A stretch of DNA of 64,000 nt from Lachnospiraceae bacterium UBA2734 (GCA_002353635.1 DEKA01000005.1:17146-81145), one strand, 5' to 3'; shown: positions 46,781 through 56,996, counted from the stretch's first letter. Translations and numbers: made by a program. The notes: generated by a model not told the origin, from the sequence alone.

Positions 46781-47918
46781 TCAGAAACCTTTTCGGAAGA
46801 GGCTGATTGCGGGGTTCATTGTCCTTCTGATTCTTTTGAACTATGCGGCTGGTTTTTTTATGGAGCCCATGGTCACTGCGGCAGATGTCATGTGGCAGGA
46901 TTTCAGAAGGCAGAAACAGCTTGACACCGTATATGTTGGTTCTTCTTTCTGCAGAGCTTCGTTCAATCCGTATATAATCGACAATATCCTTGGCACGGAC
47001 AGTTTCAATATGGGCACTTCGTCGCAGACGATCGATGAGTCGCTTATTTCCGTGAGGGATGCAGTGCGCACTTACCATGTGAAGACTGTGATCTACGGCG
47101 TGGGATTCTACAATTTCGATGCGCTGACCAACAAAAATGTCAATGCAAAGGTGGGGTTCCGGCGCGCTATGGAGAAGTCAATGTCTCTGCCGCAGGCGCT
47201 GCGGTCCAAATGGGAGTTTGTGACAGGCAGAGATGAGTTCAGTGATCCGCTCTCGGTGAATTATTTCTTTCCATGGCTGTATAATCATATCGATTTCAAC
47301 GATCCGGATGCCTATGAGGACAATATTGAGTATAAGCTGAGCGGAAAGAGCGTCCTGCAGATAGCAGCGCAGAAGGAAAAATTCCGTTTCTATAGAGGAA
47401 AAGGATTTCTTGTCAAGGACGGTGTCATCGATTACAGCAATATTGAGGATACGGGAAAGGATCTGTATGATAATCATCCGGATCCCGTGACCATGCGCAA
47501 AATGGATGAACTGTGCAGGTATTGCAGAGAAAACGGTGTCTCCCTCATTGTTGTACAGACGCCAAAAACCGCTGTGGATGTGACGAGCTACGGTGAGCAG
47601 TACATGAGAGAGAGCAGGGAACTGGAGCAGTTCTTTGCACAGCGGGGCGCGCAGTACTACGACTTCAATCTGATCAAGCCCTCTGTCTACCAGCCGCAGC
47701 CGGATGATTTCGAAGATTTTGAGCATTTGAACGAGAAAGGCAGCTCTGCGTTCAGCACTGCCTTTGCGAATTTTCTGAGAGGGCACAGTGAGGATGAGAG
47801 AAGAAATCTGTTCTGGCGCGACTGGGCTGCCTATACGAGTTCACTTCAGCAGACGGGAACAATGATTTACGGGGGAAGGAGTGGAGATGGAAAGGTTAAA
47901 TGCATTCCTGCACGATAG
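46767..47918 (+). CDS. SGNH/DltD-like extracytoplasmic acyltransferase partner
   Basis: N-terminal TM, YVGSS, FNMGTSSQ, FEDFEHLN (DxxH); overlaps the MBOAT stop. Confidence 0.72.
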   Translation: MRIFSQKPFRKRLIAGFIVLLILLNYAAGFFMEPMVTAADVMWQDFRRQKQLDTVYVGSSFCRASFNPYIIDNILGTDSFNMGTSSQTIDESLISVRDAVRTYHVKTVIYGVGFYNFDALTNKNVNAKVGFRRAMEKSMSLPQALRSKWEFVTGRDEFSDPLSVNYFFPWLYNHIDFNDPDAYEDNIEYKLSGKSVLQIAAQKEKFRFYRGKGFLVKDGVIDYSNIEDTGKDLYDNHPDPVTMRKMDELCRYCRENGVSLIVVQTPKTAVDVTSYGEQYMRESRELEQFFAQRGAQYYDFNLIKPSVYQPQPDDFEDFEHLNEKGSSAFSTAFANFLRGHSEDERRNLFWRDWAAYTSSLQQTGTMIYGGRSGDGKVKCIPAR

Positions 47919-49578
47919 AATTCTGGCGGTATGTCTGATTACGGCTGCGGTTGCAGGTACCGTCAGCAGCGGCCTGCAGTTCTTCAATACGTATCTCATG
48001 GTTGACGGTGCCCTGCACGAGTTCGAAATCGGATCCGGCACGATCTCCATGGAGAGATGGTTTCTGGAGGTGTACCGACTCCTGGATAAATATCTGGGCG
48101 AGGGCACTTATGGTCTTCCTCTTTTCAACGGCGCCATCTCTCTCCTGTGTCTTGGACTGGCTTCCTACTGCGTCTGCAGAATATTCGGTGTTGCACGGAC
48201 GGGAGCAGCTGTTATGATCAGCGTGCTCCTCACAGTCTTTCCTTCTGTCAACTTCACCTTCATGTACTGGTTCTGTGCGATGCCTTTTATGGTGACCATT
48301 TTCCTCTCTGCGCTTGGAGCCCTCATCCTGTGCAGGGAGAAGAGAGGGCCGGCCGCGTGGATCGTCTCAGCTCTGCTGTGCATCTGCGGCATTGCGACGT
48401 ATCAGGGGTATATTCCTTTTTTCCTGAGTCTTATTCTGTTCTTCGCATTCTTTGACACCTGCAGCAAAGAGAAGAGTACAGTTTCCATCCTGAAAGAGTG
48501 TGTCTATTATCTCTCTTGGGGATGCGGTGTATTGGCTGGTTATCTGGGCCTTAGCAGACTGTTTCTGCTCATCACGCACACACCGCTTGCCCACTATAAA
48601 GGCCTGGGGGAGCATATTCCGATCCTGAATTACAGATTCAGGGTGCGCTATGCGCTCTTTGAATTCTTTGATCCAGGGCACTACAGGGAATACAGCAAAG
48701 ATTACTTCTTCTTTTACGGCGGCATGAAGCCATTCTACATCATTACTATTGCGCTGATGTTCGCTCTCATGCTGTATATGATTTTCAGAGTGAGACGCAG
48801 TGCTGTGCAGTACATTTATCTGCTCCTCATTACGGCTGCATCGCCTGTCATGATCAACCTGGTTTTTGTGATGTCTAACCAGTGGTACCTCTACCCGCTG
48901 ACACAGTACGCGGAGGTGATCCCATATGTCGTTCTCGTTATTCTTTTAGAGAGGCTCTCCGGTGCAGTGTCCGGCAGGGATACAGAGGAGAACGATCTGA
49001 CCGATGTTGCCGATGCAATACGGAGGCTTGCGGAACACGAGGTAATAACATCTCTTCCGGCCAGTGTGCGTACTGCGGAGGGCGGACATGTCTCTGCGAA
49101 GACGGAAAGAGCAGTCAGATTCGTGTGCGGCTTTGGAACAGCGGTTCTCGTCATCTCGTCCGTTCTCTTTATCCGCTTCAACAATGTAACGAATCTCAAG
49201 CTCGACCTGATGCAGTCAGAGGCGAAGAGCTATTACACGACACTGTCCGCAAGGATACAGATGACAGAGGGCTATAAGGATGATTTTCCGGTGGTCTATA
49301 TCGGCGGTCAGAAAAAGGAAGATCTGAACTGGAGCAAGGTACCTCAGCTGGACTGGATCCGGAATTTTCCCGCGAACTGGGACGATGTCGTCAATGACAA
49401 CTCCTGGCAGCTCTTCATGAATTATTGGTGCGGATTTGACCCCACAGTCCTGGATGACGAGGAGAGTGCAGCCTACGCGCAGAAGCCGGAGGTGCAGAGT
49501 ATGCCGTGTTACCCTGACGACGGTTCAATCAAGGTGATAGACGGCGCAGTGGTCGTGAAATTTGCGGATGTGCAGTGA
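47887..49578 (+). CDS. GtrII-family (GT-C) glucosyltransferase-like membrane protein
   Basis: S.ERW, YQ.Y, C-terminal MPCYPDDGSIKVIDGAVVVKF signature. Confidence 0.8.
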   Translation: MERLNAFLHDRILAVCLITAAVAGTVSSGLQFFNTYLMVDGALHEFEIGSGTISMERWFLEVYRLLDKYLGEGTYGLPLFNGAISLLCLGLASYCVCRIFGVARTGAAVMISVLLTVFPSVNFTFMYWFCAMPFMVTIFLSALGALILCREKRGPAAWIVSALLCICGIATYQGYIPFFLSLILFFAFFDTCSKEKSTVSILKECVYYLSWGCGVLAGYLGLSRLFLLITHTPLAHYKGLGEHIPILNYRFRVRYALFEFFDPGHYREYSKDYFFFYGGMKPFYIITIALMFALMLYMIFRVRRSAVQYIYLLLITAASPVMINLVFVMSNQWYLYPLTQYAEVIPYVVLVILLERLSGAVSGRDTEENDLTDVADAIRRLAEHEVITSLPASVRTAEGGHVSAKTERAVRFVCGFGTAVLVISSVLFIRFNNVTNLKLDLMQSEAKSYYTTLSARIQMTEGYKDDFPVVYIGGQKKEDLNWSKVPQLDWIRNFPANWDDVVNDNSWQLFMNYWCGFDPTVLDDEESAAYAQKPEVQSMPCYPDDGSIKVIDGAVVVKFADVQ

Positions 49579-49625
49579 AGAATCAGGACTTATCAGAAGC
49601 TTGATCCAGTGCACAGAATAAGGTT

Positions 49626-51863
49626 TTGAAGCAATACCGCCTGACTTTTGAAAAAAGACAACAGATTTACAGCAGCGAGGACGTTAGGCTGATTACAGCA
49701 TCAACTGATAAGGGCAATATGCATATATTCATTGACTTGGCTGAGAAAATCATCATCTTCCTTTCAGGAATGATCATAGTATGGCTCTTTTTGACAGCAG
49801 GATTTTCTACGACAGTGATTTCTGACACGGAACTGGCGTATTATCTGCGTGACAACATGCTGCTGAACATACTGTTTCTGCTGCTATTCACGGCAGCAGT
49901 CCTCCTGCTGTGGAAAAAATGGCCGATTTTCAGGCGAATAATCGAACGGATCAGCCGGGATGAAAGATATGCCTTCATGATCAGAAGACTTCTGCTGTCT
50001 GTCATTTTTCTCATTGGTTTTACTTTTATTTTCCTTGCGCAGCGCACGCCTGTCGCGGACCAATATTCCTGCGCAGCAACTGCTGGAGAAATTCTCGACC
50101 GCAATTATGAGAGTTTTTCAGCAGGAGGGTATCTTAACAAATACCCCAATCAGATCGGCATCATCTGGATTTTCTCTCTCATAGAAAGGCTCGCCGGCAC
50201 AGAGAATTACCTTGCGCTGCAGCTGCTTAATGTTATTTCTCTCACTCTGTTTTACAGAGCATTATCGAAAATAACGGACCTCTTCAGCAGTGACTGGCTT
50301 GCCGGGACAGCTGTCATCTTTTCCGGGATGATGTTTATTCCTGCGTATTTCTATACAACTTTTGTCTATGGAACATTGATCGGACTTTTCTTTGCTGCCA
50401 ATGGATTTTACTGGTGCCTGCTGTTTGAGAGAGATAAAAAGGCCTTTCAGGCGGTGCTGATGGCAGTTTTTCTGGCGCTTTCTATTGTATCTAAGAGCAA
50501 CTACCTGATCTTTGTCACAGGTATTCTGATTTATGAGCTCATTACGCTGCTTTCCAGCAGAAAAGTGAGATCTGTTATTGCTGTTTGTCTGATTGCCCTT
50601 GTTCTTTTGGGGACCAGCAGGGGTGTTGCCGGTGCAACCGCAGGTCTGACCGGCCAAACTCTCGCAGATGGGGTATCAAAATGGTCTTGGGTTGCCATGG
50701 GACTGCAGCAAGATGGGGATGATCACAGCCCAGGCTGGTACAACGGATACAATGCGAGAACATTTGAGGAGACTGACTTTGATACAGAGGCGGAGACGGA
50801 AAAGGCAAAGGCGAATGTGAAAGAGAGCCTTACCGCGTTTGCGGCTCATCCAGGAGATGCACTTAAATTTTTTTCAGCAAAAAACGCATCGCAGTGGAAC
50901 TGTCCGGACTTTCAGGGAATCAGCATCAATCAGGGAATGAATTCGAGCGGAAAATTGTCTGGTCTGATGAGTCAGATGTTCAGCCTGAGAGGGGTCATGC
51001 TGATGTTGAATACAGCCGGTCCCCTGTATGAACTTCTGGTTACAGGACTTCTTTTGGAATTGATTCTGGGAAGAAAGGCAGGGAACAGTCATCCTGAATT
51101 TATCGCATTCAAGGTTATTCTGATCGGCGGCTTTGTCTTTCACACATTTTGGGAGGCAAAGGCACAGTACACACTGCCCTATATCATGCTGGTGATTCCG
51201 GTCAGTATCTGCGGATGGGAGCTTTGCTTCAAGCGCTTAAGCGTTATTTCCGCTGTCAGTGGGAGTGCCCCCTCGGCAGGCATCTTCTCTCTATGGGTGA
51301 AAAGCTGGCTGATCGGGCTGGCAGCGGTCATCGCAGTTGTTCAGTCCGGGCTTTTTCCTCCGTTGAACATCCTTTTTCTTCGCGATTCAAAGGACACCAT
51401 TAATACTGTTAAGTATGCAACACCTCTTGTTCTGCCGGAAGGGCAATATGAACTTCTGGCGCCTGCATCTCAGGGGAATATGGAGATTGCTGCTGACAAC
51501 AATCCGGTGAATGGCACTGAACAGCTGTACATACGGCCGGTTTCACAGAATGGCGAATCGTCAGAATGCCTGATTACGCTGATTCATTCAAGCGAATGGG
51601 ACAGGCAGTATCTGCAGCTGGATGCAGATGGAATGCTGCTGGAAGTGCCGGATGATCATATGGATGACGGACAGATCGTTCAGTCCGGTGAACAAAGCAA
51701 TTCGCCGTATGAGAGATGGAGAATATACCTGTGCGCTGATGGAACCTGCCGTATTATGATGGCAGAGAAGGCTCTGACATTTAATGAAGAAGGGCAGTAC
51801 CTGTATATTACGGAATGGAAGGATATGCCGCAGCAGCACTGGATTCTGCAGGCGGCGAAGTGA
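49626..51863 (+). CDS. GT-C (PMT/GT39-like) membrane glycosyltransferase with C-terminal ricin-B-like lectin domain, paralog 1
   Basis: P.AD, YLNKYPNQ.G, TFVYG, KSNY, WVAMGLQ, GWYNGY, FHTFWEAKAQY; C-terminal beta-trefoil with QxW-like repeats; start uncertain (49626 or 49719). Confidence 0.7.
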   Translation: MKQYRLTFEKRQQIYSSEDVRLITASTDKGNMHIFIDLAEKIIIFLSGMIIVWLFLTAGFSTTVISDTELAYYLRDNMLLNILFLLLFTAAVLLLWKKWPIFRRIIERISRDERYAFMIRRLLLSVIFLIGFTFIFLAQRTPVADQYSCAATAGEILDRNYESFSAGGYLNKYPNQIGIIWIFSLIERLAGTENYLALQLLNVISLTLFYRALSKITDLFSSDWLAGTAVIFSGMMFIPAYFYTTFVYGTLIGLFFAANGFYWCLLFERDKKAFQAVLMAVFLALSIVSKSNYLIFVTGILIYELITLLSSRKVRSVIAVCLIALVLLGTSRGVAGATAGLTGQTLADGVSKWSWVAMGLQQDGDDHSPGWYNGYNARTFEETDFDTEAETEKAKANVKESLTAFAAHPGDALKFFSAKNASQWNCPDFQGISINQGMNSSGKLSGLMSQMFSLRGVMLMLNTAGPLYELLVTGLLLELILGRKAGNSHPEFIAFKVILIGGFVFHTFWEAKAQYTLPYIMLVIPVSICGWELCFKRLSVISAVSGSAPSAGIFSLWVKSWLIGLAAVIAVVQSGLFPPLNILFLRDSKDTINTVKYATPLVLPEGQYELLAPASQGNMEIAADNNPVNGTEQLYIRPVSQNGESSECLITLIHSSEWDRQYLQLDADGMLLEVPDDHMDDGQIVQSGEQSNSPYERWRIYLCADGTCRIMMAEKALTFNEEGQYLYITEWKDMPQQHWILQAAK

Positions 51864-51934
51864 GTACCTGCCTGTATGAAATGGTTGGAATTCTGCAGAA
51901 TTGGAAACTCCTGACAAAAGAAATGTGATTTTAT

Positions 51935-54169
51935 ATGCAAACCAGATTACCAATGAAAAAGATTATATCGAATAAAAACAAAGCAGATGGGGCGGACGGA
52001 ATTTTCAATGTGATCTGTTCAGCAGCAGAAATAATTATTTTATTCCTCTCAGGTCTCTTTTCCGTCTGGCTCTTTCTGACCGCCGGCTTTTCTACCACAG
52101 CGATCACACAGAATGACGAGCTGGCGTATTATCTGCGGGACAATATTTTCCTTAACCTGCTGCTCCTGCTTGTCTTTGCCGGAGTAATTTTGACCGCATG
52201 GAAGAAGTGGGCACCGTTTGGCAGGGCAGTGGACCGTCTGCGTCACGATGAAGCATATGCTTTGAAAATAAGGTGGTTCTTCCTCTGCATCACTTTCGCC
52301 ATTGGAATTATTTTCGTCCTGCTCGCACAGCGCACGCCCTTTGCGGATGCAAGGTACTGCTCGATGATTGCCGGGGAACTCCTCGATCACAACTATGAGA
52401 GCTTCGCGACGGGCGGATATCTGAATACCTATCCGAACCAGATGGGGATCATCTGGATTTTTGCATTGATCGAAAAGATCGCGGGCACGGAGAACTTCAC
52501 TGCCATTCAGGTGATCAACGCCGCTGCACTCACTCTATTCTATTGGACGCTGTCGAAGATCACTGATCTGTTCGCAGAGGACAGGCTCTTGGGCACTGCG
52601 GTGACGTTTTCGGGGATGTTGTTTGTCCCTGCATACTATTACACGACATTTGTGTATGGAACGCTCCTTGGGCTCTCATTTGCTGCCGGAGGCTTTTACT
52701 GCTGCCTGTTGTTTCAGAGGGAGAAGAGGCCGTGGCAGGCGGTGCTGATGAGTGCCTTTCTGTCTCTTTCGATCGTGTGTAAGAGCAACTATCTGATCTT
52801 TGTGATCGGTGTACTGGTCTATGAACTGATCATCCTTCTCTCAGAGCGGAAAAAGAGGACGATCATTGCCATACTGCTGACCGCCTTTGTTCTGTCAGGA
52901 ACCAGCAGAGGAGTTGCTTCGGTGACAACTGCATTGACTGGCCAAACCCTTGCAGCCGGTGAATCTAAATGGGCATGGGTTGCTATGGGCCTGCAGGGAG
53001 ATTCGGACGGACAAAACCCCGGCTGGTATAACGGATACAATGAGAAGTCATTCGTTGCAAGTGAGTATGACACAAAGACGCAGGAGGCGGAGGCAAAGGC
53101 ATCTGTAAAGAAGAGTCTTGCAGAGTTCAAAGCACATCCCGGAGATGCCCTGAAATTCTTCTCGAGAAAGAATGCATCTCAGTGGAACTGTCCTGATTTT
53201 CAGGGAGAGGACATCAACCAGGTGATGGGCGTGGGCGGAATATTGGCCGATCCGATGAGCAGGCTCCTCAGCATGAAGGGGGCTTCCGCCGTTCTGGATA
53301 TTACCAATCCTCTGTATGAACTGATGGTCACTGGTCTTCTGCTGGAACTGATTCTGGGAAGAGGAAAGAGAAAAAGACATCCGGAATTCCTGGCCTTCAA
53401 GGTTATCCTCGTCGGCGGCTTTCTCTTCCACACAGTGTGGGAAGCAAAGGCGCAGTACACGCTGCCGTATATGATGCTGATGATACCTGTGAGTGTGTGC
53501 GGGTGGGAGATGTTCTTTATGCGGCTTTTCAGCGCAGATGCAGCATTTCCCGCAGCATTAGTGCGCAGGGTACATCTGTCTGCATGGGGAAAGAGCTGGC
53601 TCCTCGGGCTGGCTGCAGTTATTCTCCTTGTTCAGTCAGGCCTTTTCGCGCCTCTGAACGCTCTGTTTCTGCGGGATACAGATGACACGGCCGATTTTAA
53701 TACCTATGTGCAGATCGTCACGCCCCTGCATCTTCCGGAGGGCGACTATGAAGTACTGGCGCCGACTTCTCAGGGAGAGATGGAGATCGCATCGGACAAC
53801 AATCCTGTAGACGGCACAGAGCAGCTCTATATCCGACTTACTTCTCAGGATGCCGCGGCAGAGGATAACCACGTCACGCTGGTGCATTCCTCTGCGTGGG
53901 ACCGCCAGTATCTGCGGCTTCATGCCGACGATCTGCTGTTGGAGGTTCCCGAGGGACATACGGACGACGGACAGGTCGTGCAGTCCGGCGAACAGAGACA
54001 TTCCTCCTGCCAGCAGTGGCAGATCTATCAGTGTACGGACGGCACCTGCCGCATTATGCTGGCGGGCTCCCAGCAGGCACTTACTTTCAATGAGGACGGT
54101 CAGTATCTCTCCCTCACGAGATGGGAGGATGCGCCGCAGCAGCACTGGGTTCTGCGGCCGGCAAAGTGA
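51935..54169 (+). CDS. GT-C membrane glycosyltransferase with C-terminal ricin-B-like lectin domain, paralog 2
   Basis: Colinear with 49626..51863 over its full length; CQQWQI and QQHWVL in the C-terminal domain. Confidence 0.7.
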   Translation: MQTRLPMKKIISNKNKADGADGIFNVICSAAEIIILFLSGLFSVWLFLTAGFSTTAITQNDELAYYLRDNIFLNLLLLLVFAGVILTAWKKWAPFGRAVDRLRHDEAYALKIRWFFLCITFAIGIIFVLLAQRTPFADARYCSMIAGELLDHNYESFATGGYLNTYPNQMGIIWIFALIEKIAGTENFTAIQVINAAALTLFYWTLSKITDLFAEDRLLGTAVTFSGMLFVPAYYYTTFVYGTLLGLSFAAGGFYCCLLFQREKRPWQAVLMSAFLSLSIVCKSNYLIFVIGVLVYELIILLSERKKRTIIAILLTAFVLSGTSRGVASVTTALTGQTLAAGESKWAWVAMGLQGDSDGQNPGWYNGYNEKSFVASEYDTKTQEAEAKASVKKSLAEFKAHPGDALKFFSRKNASQWNCPDFQGEDINQVMGVGGILADPMSRLLSMKGASAVLDITNPLYELMVTGLLLELILGRGKRKRHPEFLAFKVILVGGFLFHTVWEAKAQYTLPYMMLMIPVSVCGWEMFFMRLFSADAAFPAALVRRVHLSAWGKSWLLGLAAVILLVQSGLFAPLNALFLRDTDDTADFNTYVQIVTPLHLPEGDYEVLAPTSQGEMEIASDNNPVDGTEQLYIRLTSQDAAAEDNHVTLVHSSAWDRQYLRLHADDLLLEVPEGHTDDGQVVQSGEQRHSSCQQWQIYQCTDGTCRIMLAGSQQALTFNEDGQYLSLTRWEDAPQQHWVLRPAK

Positions 54170-54398
54170 ACTGTCGATCTGCAGGCCGCGATGAGCAAAG
54201 TGGGGTGGGAAAATAACCAGCGCCCCGTCTGGCACTGACAGTTCACATTCTTTGCATATTTGCTTCTTGCGCTATGCGTTATAATGATCGTACCGGTATT
54301 GTGCTTAAGGCATAACTGAGACACATCTGAGGAGTCCTGAAGTGCAGTATTCCGGTCATGCAGCAAATCCTGTTCACAGGGAAAGAGAGGCAGCAAAG

Positions 54399-54548
54399 AT
54401 GTGGCTTAAAAAGATCATCAACGATATTAAATTCTCCATCAACTACGATGCGCAGAAGATGGCACAGCAGAACGCGGCCAAGTACGGCGACGGCGTGCCG
54501 GACTGCTGCCGCATGAACCGTGAAGCCAACGACAAGGCGCAGAAGTAA
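54399..54548 (+). CDS. Small protein with DCC motif (LDCC-motif putative metal-binding protein-like)
   Basis: MWLKKII...QNAAKYGDGVPDCCRMN; GAGAGG RBS; codon style of an expressed gene. Confidence 0.6.
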   Translation: MWLKKIINDIKFSINYDAQKMAQQNAAKYGDGVPDCCRMNREANDKAQK

Positions 54549-54551
54549 CGG

Positions 54552-56288
54552 GTGAAGAACTTGAATAACAGAATAAGGTTTTACCGTGTGATGGCAGTGG
54601 TGACAGTGGCAGTTCTGATCCTGTCGCTGCTGCCTTTTGTTTATCTTTCTCTATTCGATTATGCCAGCGGCGATGATCTCAACTATGGCTGGAGACTGGC
54701 CGTTGTGATCCGTCATCATGAGGGAATAGGTGCTTTTCTGGGAGCGATCGCAGCCCAGGTTGCATCCAGCTATCAGACCTGGCAGGGAACCTGGTCCTCC
54801 ATAGTGCTGTTCTGTCTTGAGCCCAGCATCTGGGGAGAGAAGTGGTATACGCTTGTGCCGTACATTGCCCTTTTCTTTGAGCTTGGCGGGTTCTGGCTCT
54901 TTCTGCATGAAGTGATGCGCCGGCAGATGGGTCTGCCGCGCACGGTGACGGCCAGTCTCTATGCGCTGTTCATGCTGCTGCTCATCCAGTATGTGCCGAA
55001 TATCAAATACGCCGTTTTCTGGTACAACGGCATGGCGCACTACATGATTCCTCTGGGCGCCACGTTCGCCTGCATGGCATGGTCGCTTCATTTCCTGCGC
55101 AGTGCGAAGAAGAGGTATGTTGCCGGAATGGCACTCGGCATGGCATACCTCGGCGGTGCCGGGTATCCTGAGGTTGTTCTGGGCGCTGTATGGTTTTTCC
55201 TGTTGCTGTGCAGTACAGCATTCTTTCCGGATTTCTTCAAGGGAGAGAGGGCATTCAGCAAACGGCCTGAAGATGCATTTTCTGCTGTCGGGCAATCCGT
55301 TCATGCCAGTGATCCGGTCGTATTGCATGCAGAAAAACAAGATAAGGAAGGCACAATACCGTATCAGCACCGCGGTGAAATGACAGAAGTGAATGCTAAA
55401 GCAGGAAGAGATGGCAGCTGCGTCAGGGCAAAGGAATTATGTAAGACCTCATCTGGCAGACAGATCCTCCTCGCCCTGGGCATACCCTTCCTTCTTGAAA
55501 TGACCGGCTTTGCCGTCAGCGCCATGGCCCCCGGCAATAAGGTAAGGGGCGGCTCCGGCTTTGGCTTCAGTGGTGAGAGAGTGCTGGGAACACTGGCGGC
55601 CTCTGCTGTGCAGTGCACAAAGGAAACCGCCCTTTTGTTCCTTCATGTGCGCCCGCTGATCCTCTTTGTTCTGATCGCGGCCGTGATCACGTATGAAGTC
55701 TACGATCCGGAAAAATCCCGCATCCGGCCGGAACACCCGATTCTGCAGTGCGTCGGTGCCTTTTTGATCGCTGCACTGGTGCGTGCGCCGGAGAACTACG
55801 CGGGGGTGGATGTCTCGAGCGGCGTCACCAATTCAGACTATATGGTCTCCATGCTGATGCTTTTCCTGTGCGTGCTGTATCTGGCGGCGTGGAGGAAGGC
55901 CCACACCAGAGCAGGGAAAGGCATGACGGATATCGCGAAGATACGCTTCTGGGCGGTCGTATTTTCAATGGTTCTGTGCATCGTGGGCTTCCGGCATCTG
56001 GTCGGCGGAACAGCCGATTACATCTGCATGAATTATATTCGTTCGGGTGCGCTCGCGGACTATGAGGCGCAGATGCAGGAGAGATTCCGGCTGCTGTCGA
56101 CGGATGAGAAGGATGTTGTCGTGCCGGAGATGAATGACGAGCAGGGGCCGTTCATGCACATGGCTCTTCTGGATGACCCGAAGGCGTTCACGAACTGGGC
56201 GACGGCGATGTTCTATGAGAAGGACAGCGTGGTCGCGGTGCCGCGGGAGGAGTTTGAACGAGACGCCGATACGTCATTTTTAAAATGA
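54552..56288 (+). CDS. Polytopic GT-C-like membrane protein (DUF6056-like), paralog of 20661..22286
   Basis: SGDDLNY, TWQGTWSS, FWYNGMAHY, APGNKVR, TNWA.A.FY. Confidence 0.6.
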   Translation: MKNLNNRIRFYRVMAVVTVAVLILSLLPFVYLSLFDYASGDDLNYGWRLAVVIRHHEGIGAFLGAIAAQVASSYQTWQGTWSSIVLFCLEPSIWGEKWYTLVPYIALFFELGGFWLFLHEVMRRQMGLPRTVTASLYALFMLLLIQYVPNIKYAVFWYNGMAHYMIPLGATFACMAWSLHFLRSAKKRYVAGMALGMAYLGGAGYPEVVLGAVWFFLLLCSTAFFPDFFKGERAFSKRPEDAFSAVGQSVHASDPVVLHAEKQDKEGTIPYQHRGEMTEVNAKAGRDGSCVRAKELCKTSSGRQILLALGIPFLLEMTGFAVSAMAPGNKVRGGSGFGFSGERVLGTLAASAVQCTKETALLFLHVRPLILFVLIAAVITYEVYDPEKSRIRPEHPILQCVGAFLIAALVRAPENYAGVDVSSGVTNSDYMVSMLMLFLCVLYLAAWRKAHTRAGKGMTDIAKIRFWAVVFSMVLCIVGFRHLVGGTADYICMNYIRSGALADYEAQMQERFRLLSTDEKDVVVPEMNDEQGPFMHMALLDDPKAFTNWATAMFYEKDSVVAVPREEFERDADTSFLK

Positions 56289-56447
56289 AAGGATCGGTGC
56301 TGACATGTCGGAACTCACAATTGAAGGAACAAAGAAACGCTGATGCATTGCGGAAAAGGGTACTGAGATGACGGCACAGGAATTTCTTGATCATATTGCA
56401 AGAATCTGCAGGGAAAATCATGCGGATCTGGCTTGTCCTGTCATCGC

Positions 56448-56996
56448 TCAGGTAAAAATCTGATATGGGAGCCTTTTCAGCAGGAAGAAGGCGCCGATTC
56501 CGACGGCGATGCCGGTCAGAATTCCAGACACAATGAGGATTGGACAATAATACAGCAGGCTCCCCGTTGACACCATGAATATGGCGACAAGGAGCTGACC
56601 GAAGTTGTGCGCAACGCCGCCCGCCATGGACACGCCAAAGATGGAAAATAAGTTCGTCCTCTTTAGCAGATACATCACCAGGAAGCTCAGTATACTCCCT
56701 GCGAGGGAGTAGAACATGCCAAAGATGCCCGTGAAGAGAAGCCCTGCCAGCAGCACGCGGATCAGGTTGACCATGAGGGCATAGCCGGGGGCCATCCGGT
56801 AGAGGATGACGACGATCACGAGGTTGGCGAGGCCGAGCTTCACGCCGGGGACGCCCGGCTGAAACGGGAAGAGAAATTCAATATAAGAGAAGATGAGCGC
56901 GAGGGCGGAGAGGAGCGCAACAGTGGTGATCCGCTTCGCGGGGGAGGATGGATCTTCTCTGTTTGTATTGGATGATTGTGGTTGGGTGTTTGTCAT
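56448..56996 (-). CDS. Gx transporter family protein (Hpre_diP_synt_I; EetB-like)
   Basis: ALALIFSYIE..P...PGVKLGLAN, SLAG, GVS..GGVAHNFGQL. Confidence 0.88.
   Translation of the reverse strand: MTNTQPQSSNTNREDPSSPAKRITTVALLSALALIFSYIEFLFPFQPGVPGVKLGLANLVIVVILYRMAPGYALMVNLIRVLLAGLLFTGIFGMFYSLAGSILSFLVMYLLKRTNLFSIFGVSMAGGVAHNFGQLLVAIFMVSTGSLLYYCPILIVSGILTGIAVGIGAFFLLKRLPYQIFT

Noticed and set aside
56448-56996. Heptaprenyl diphosphate synthase enzyme
   Set aside because: Entirely hydrophobic with no DDxxD; the family name is a legacy annotation
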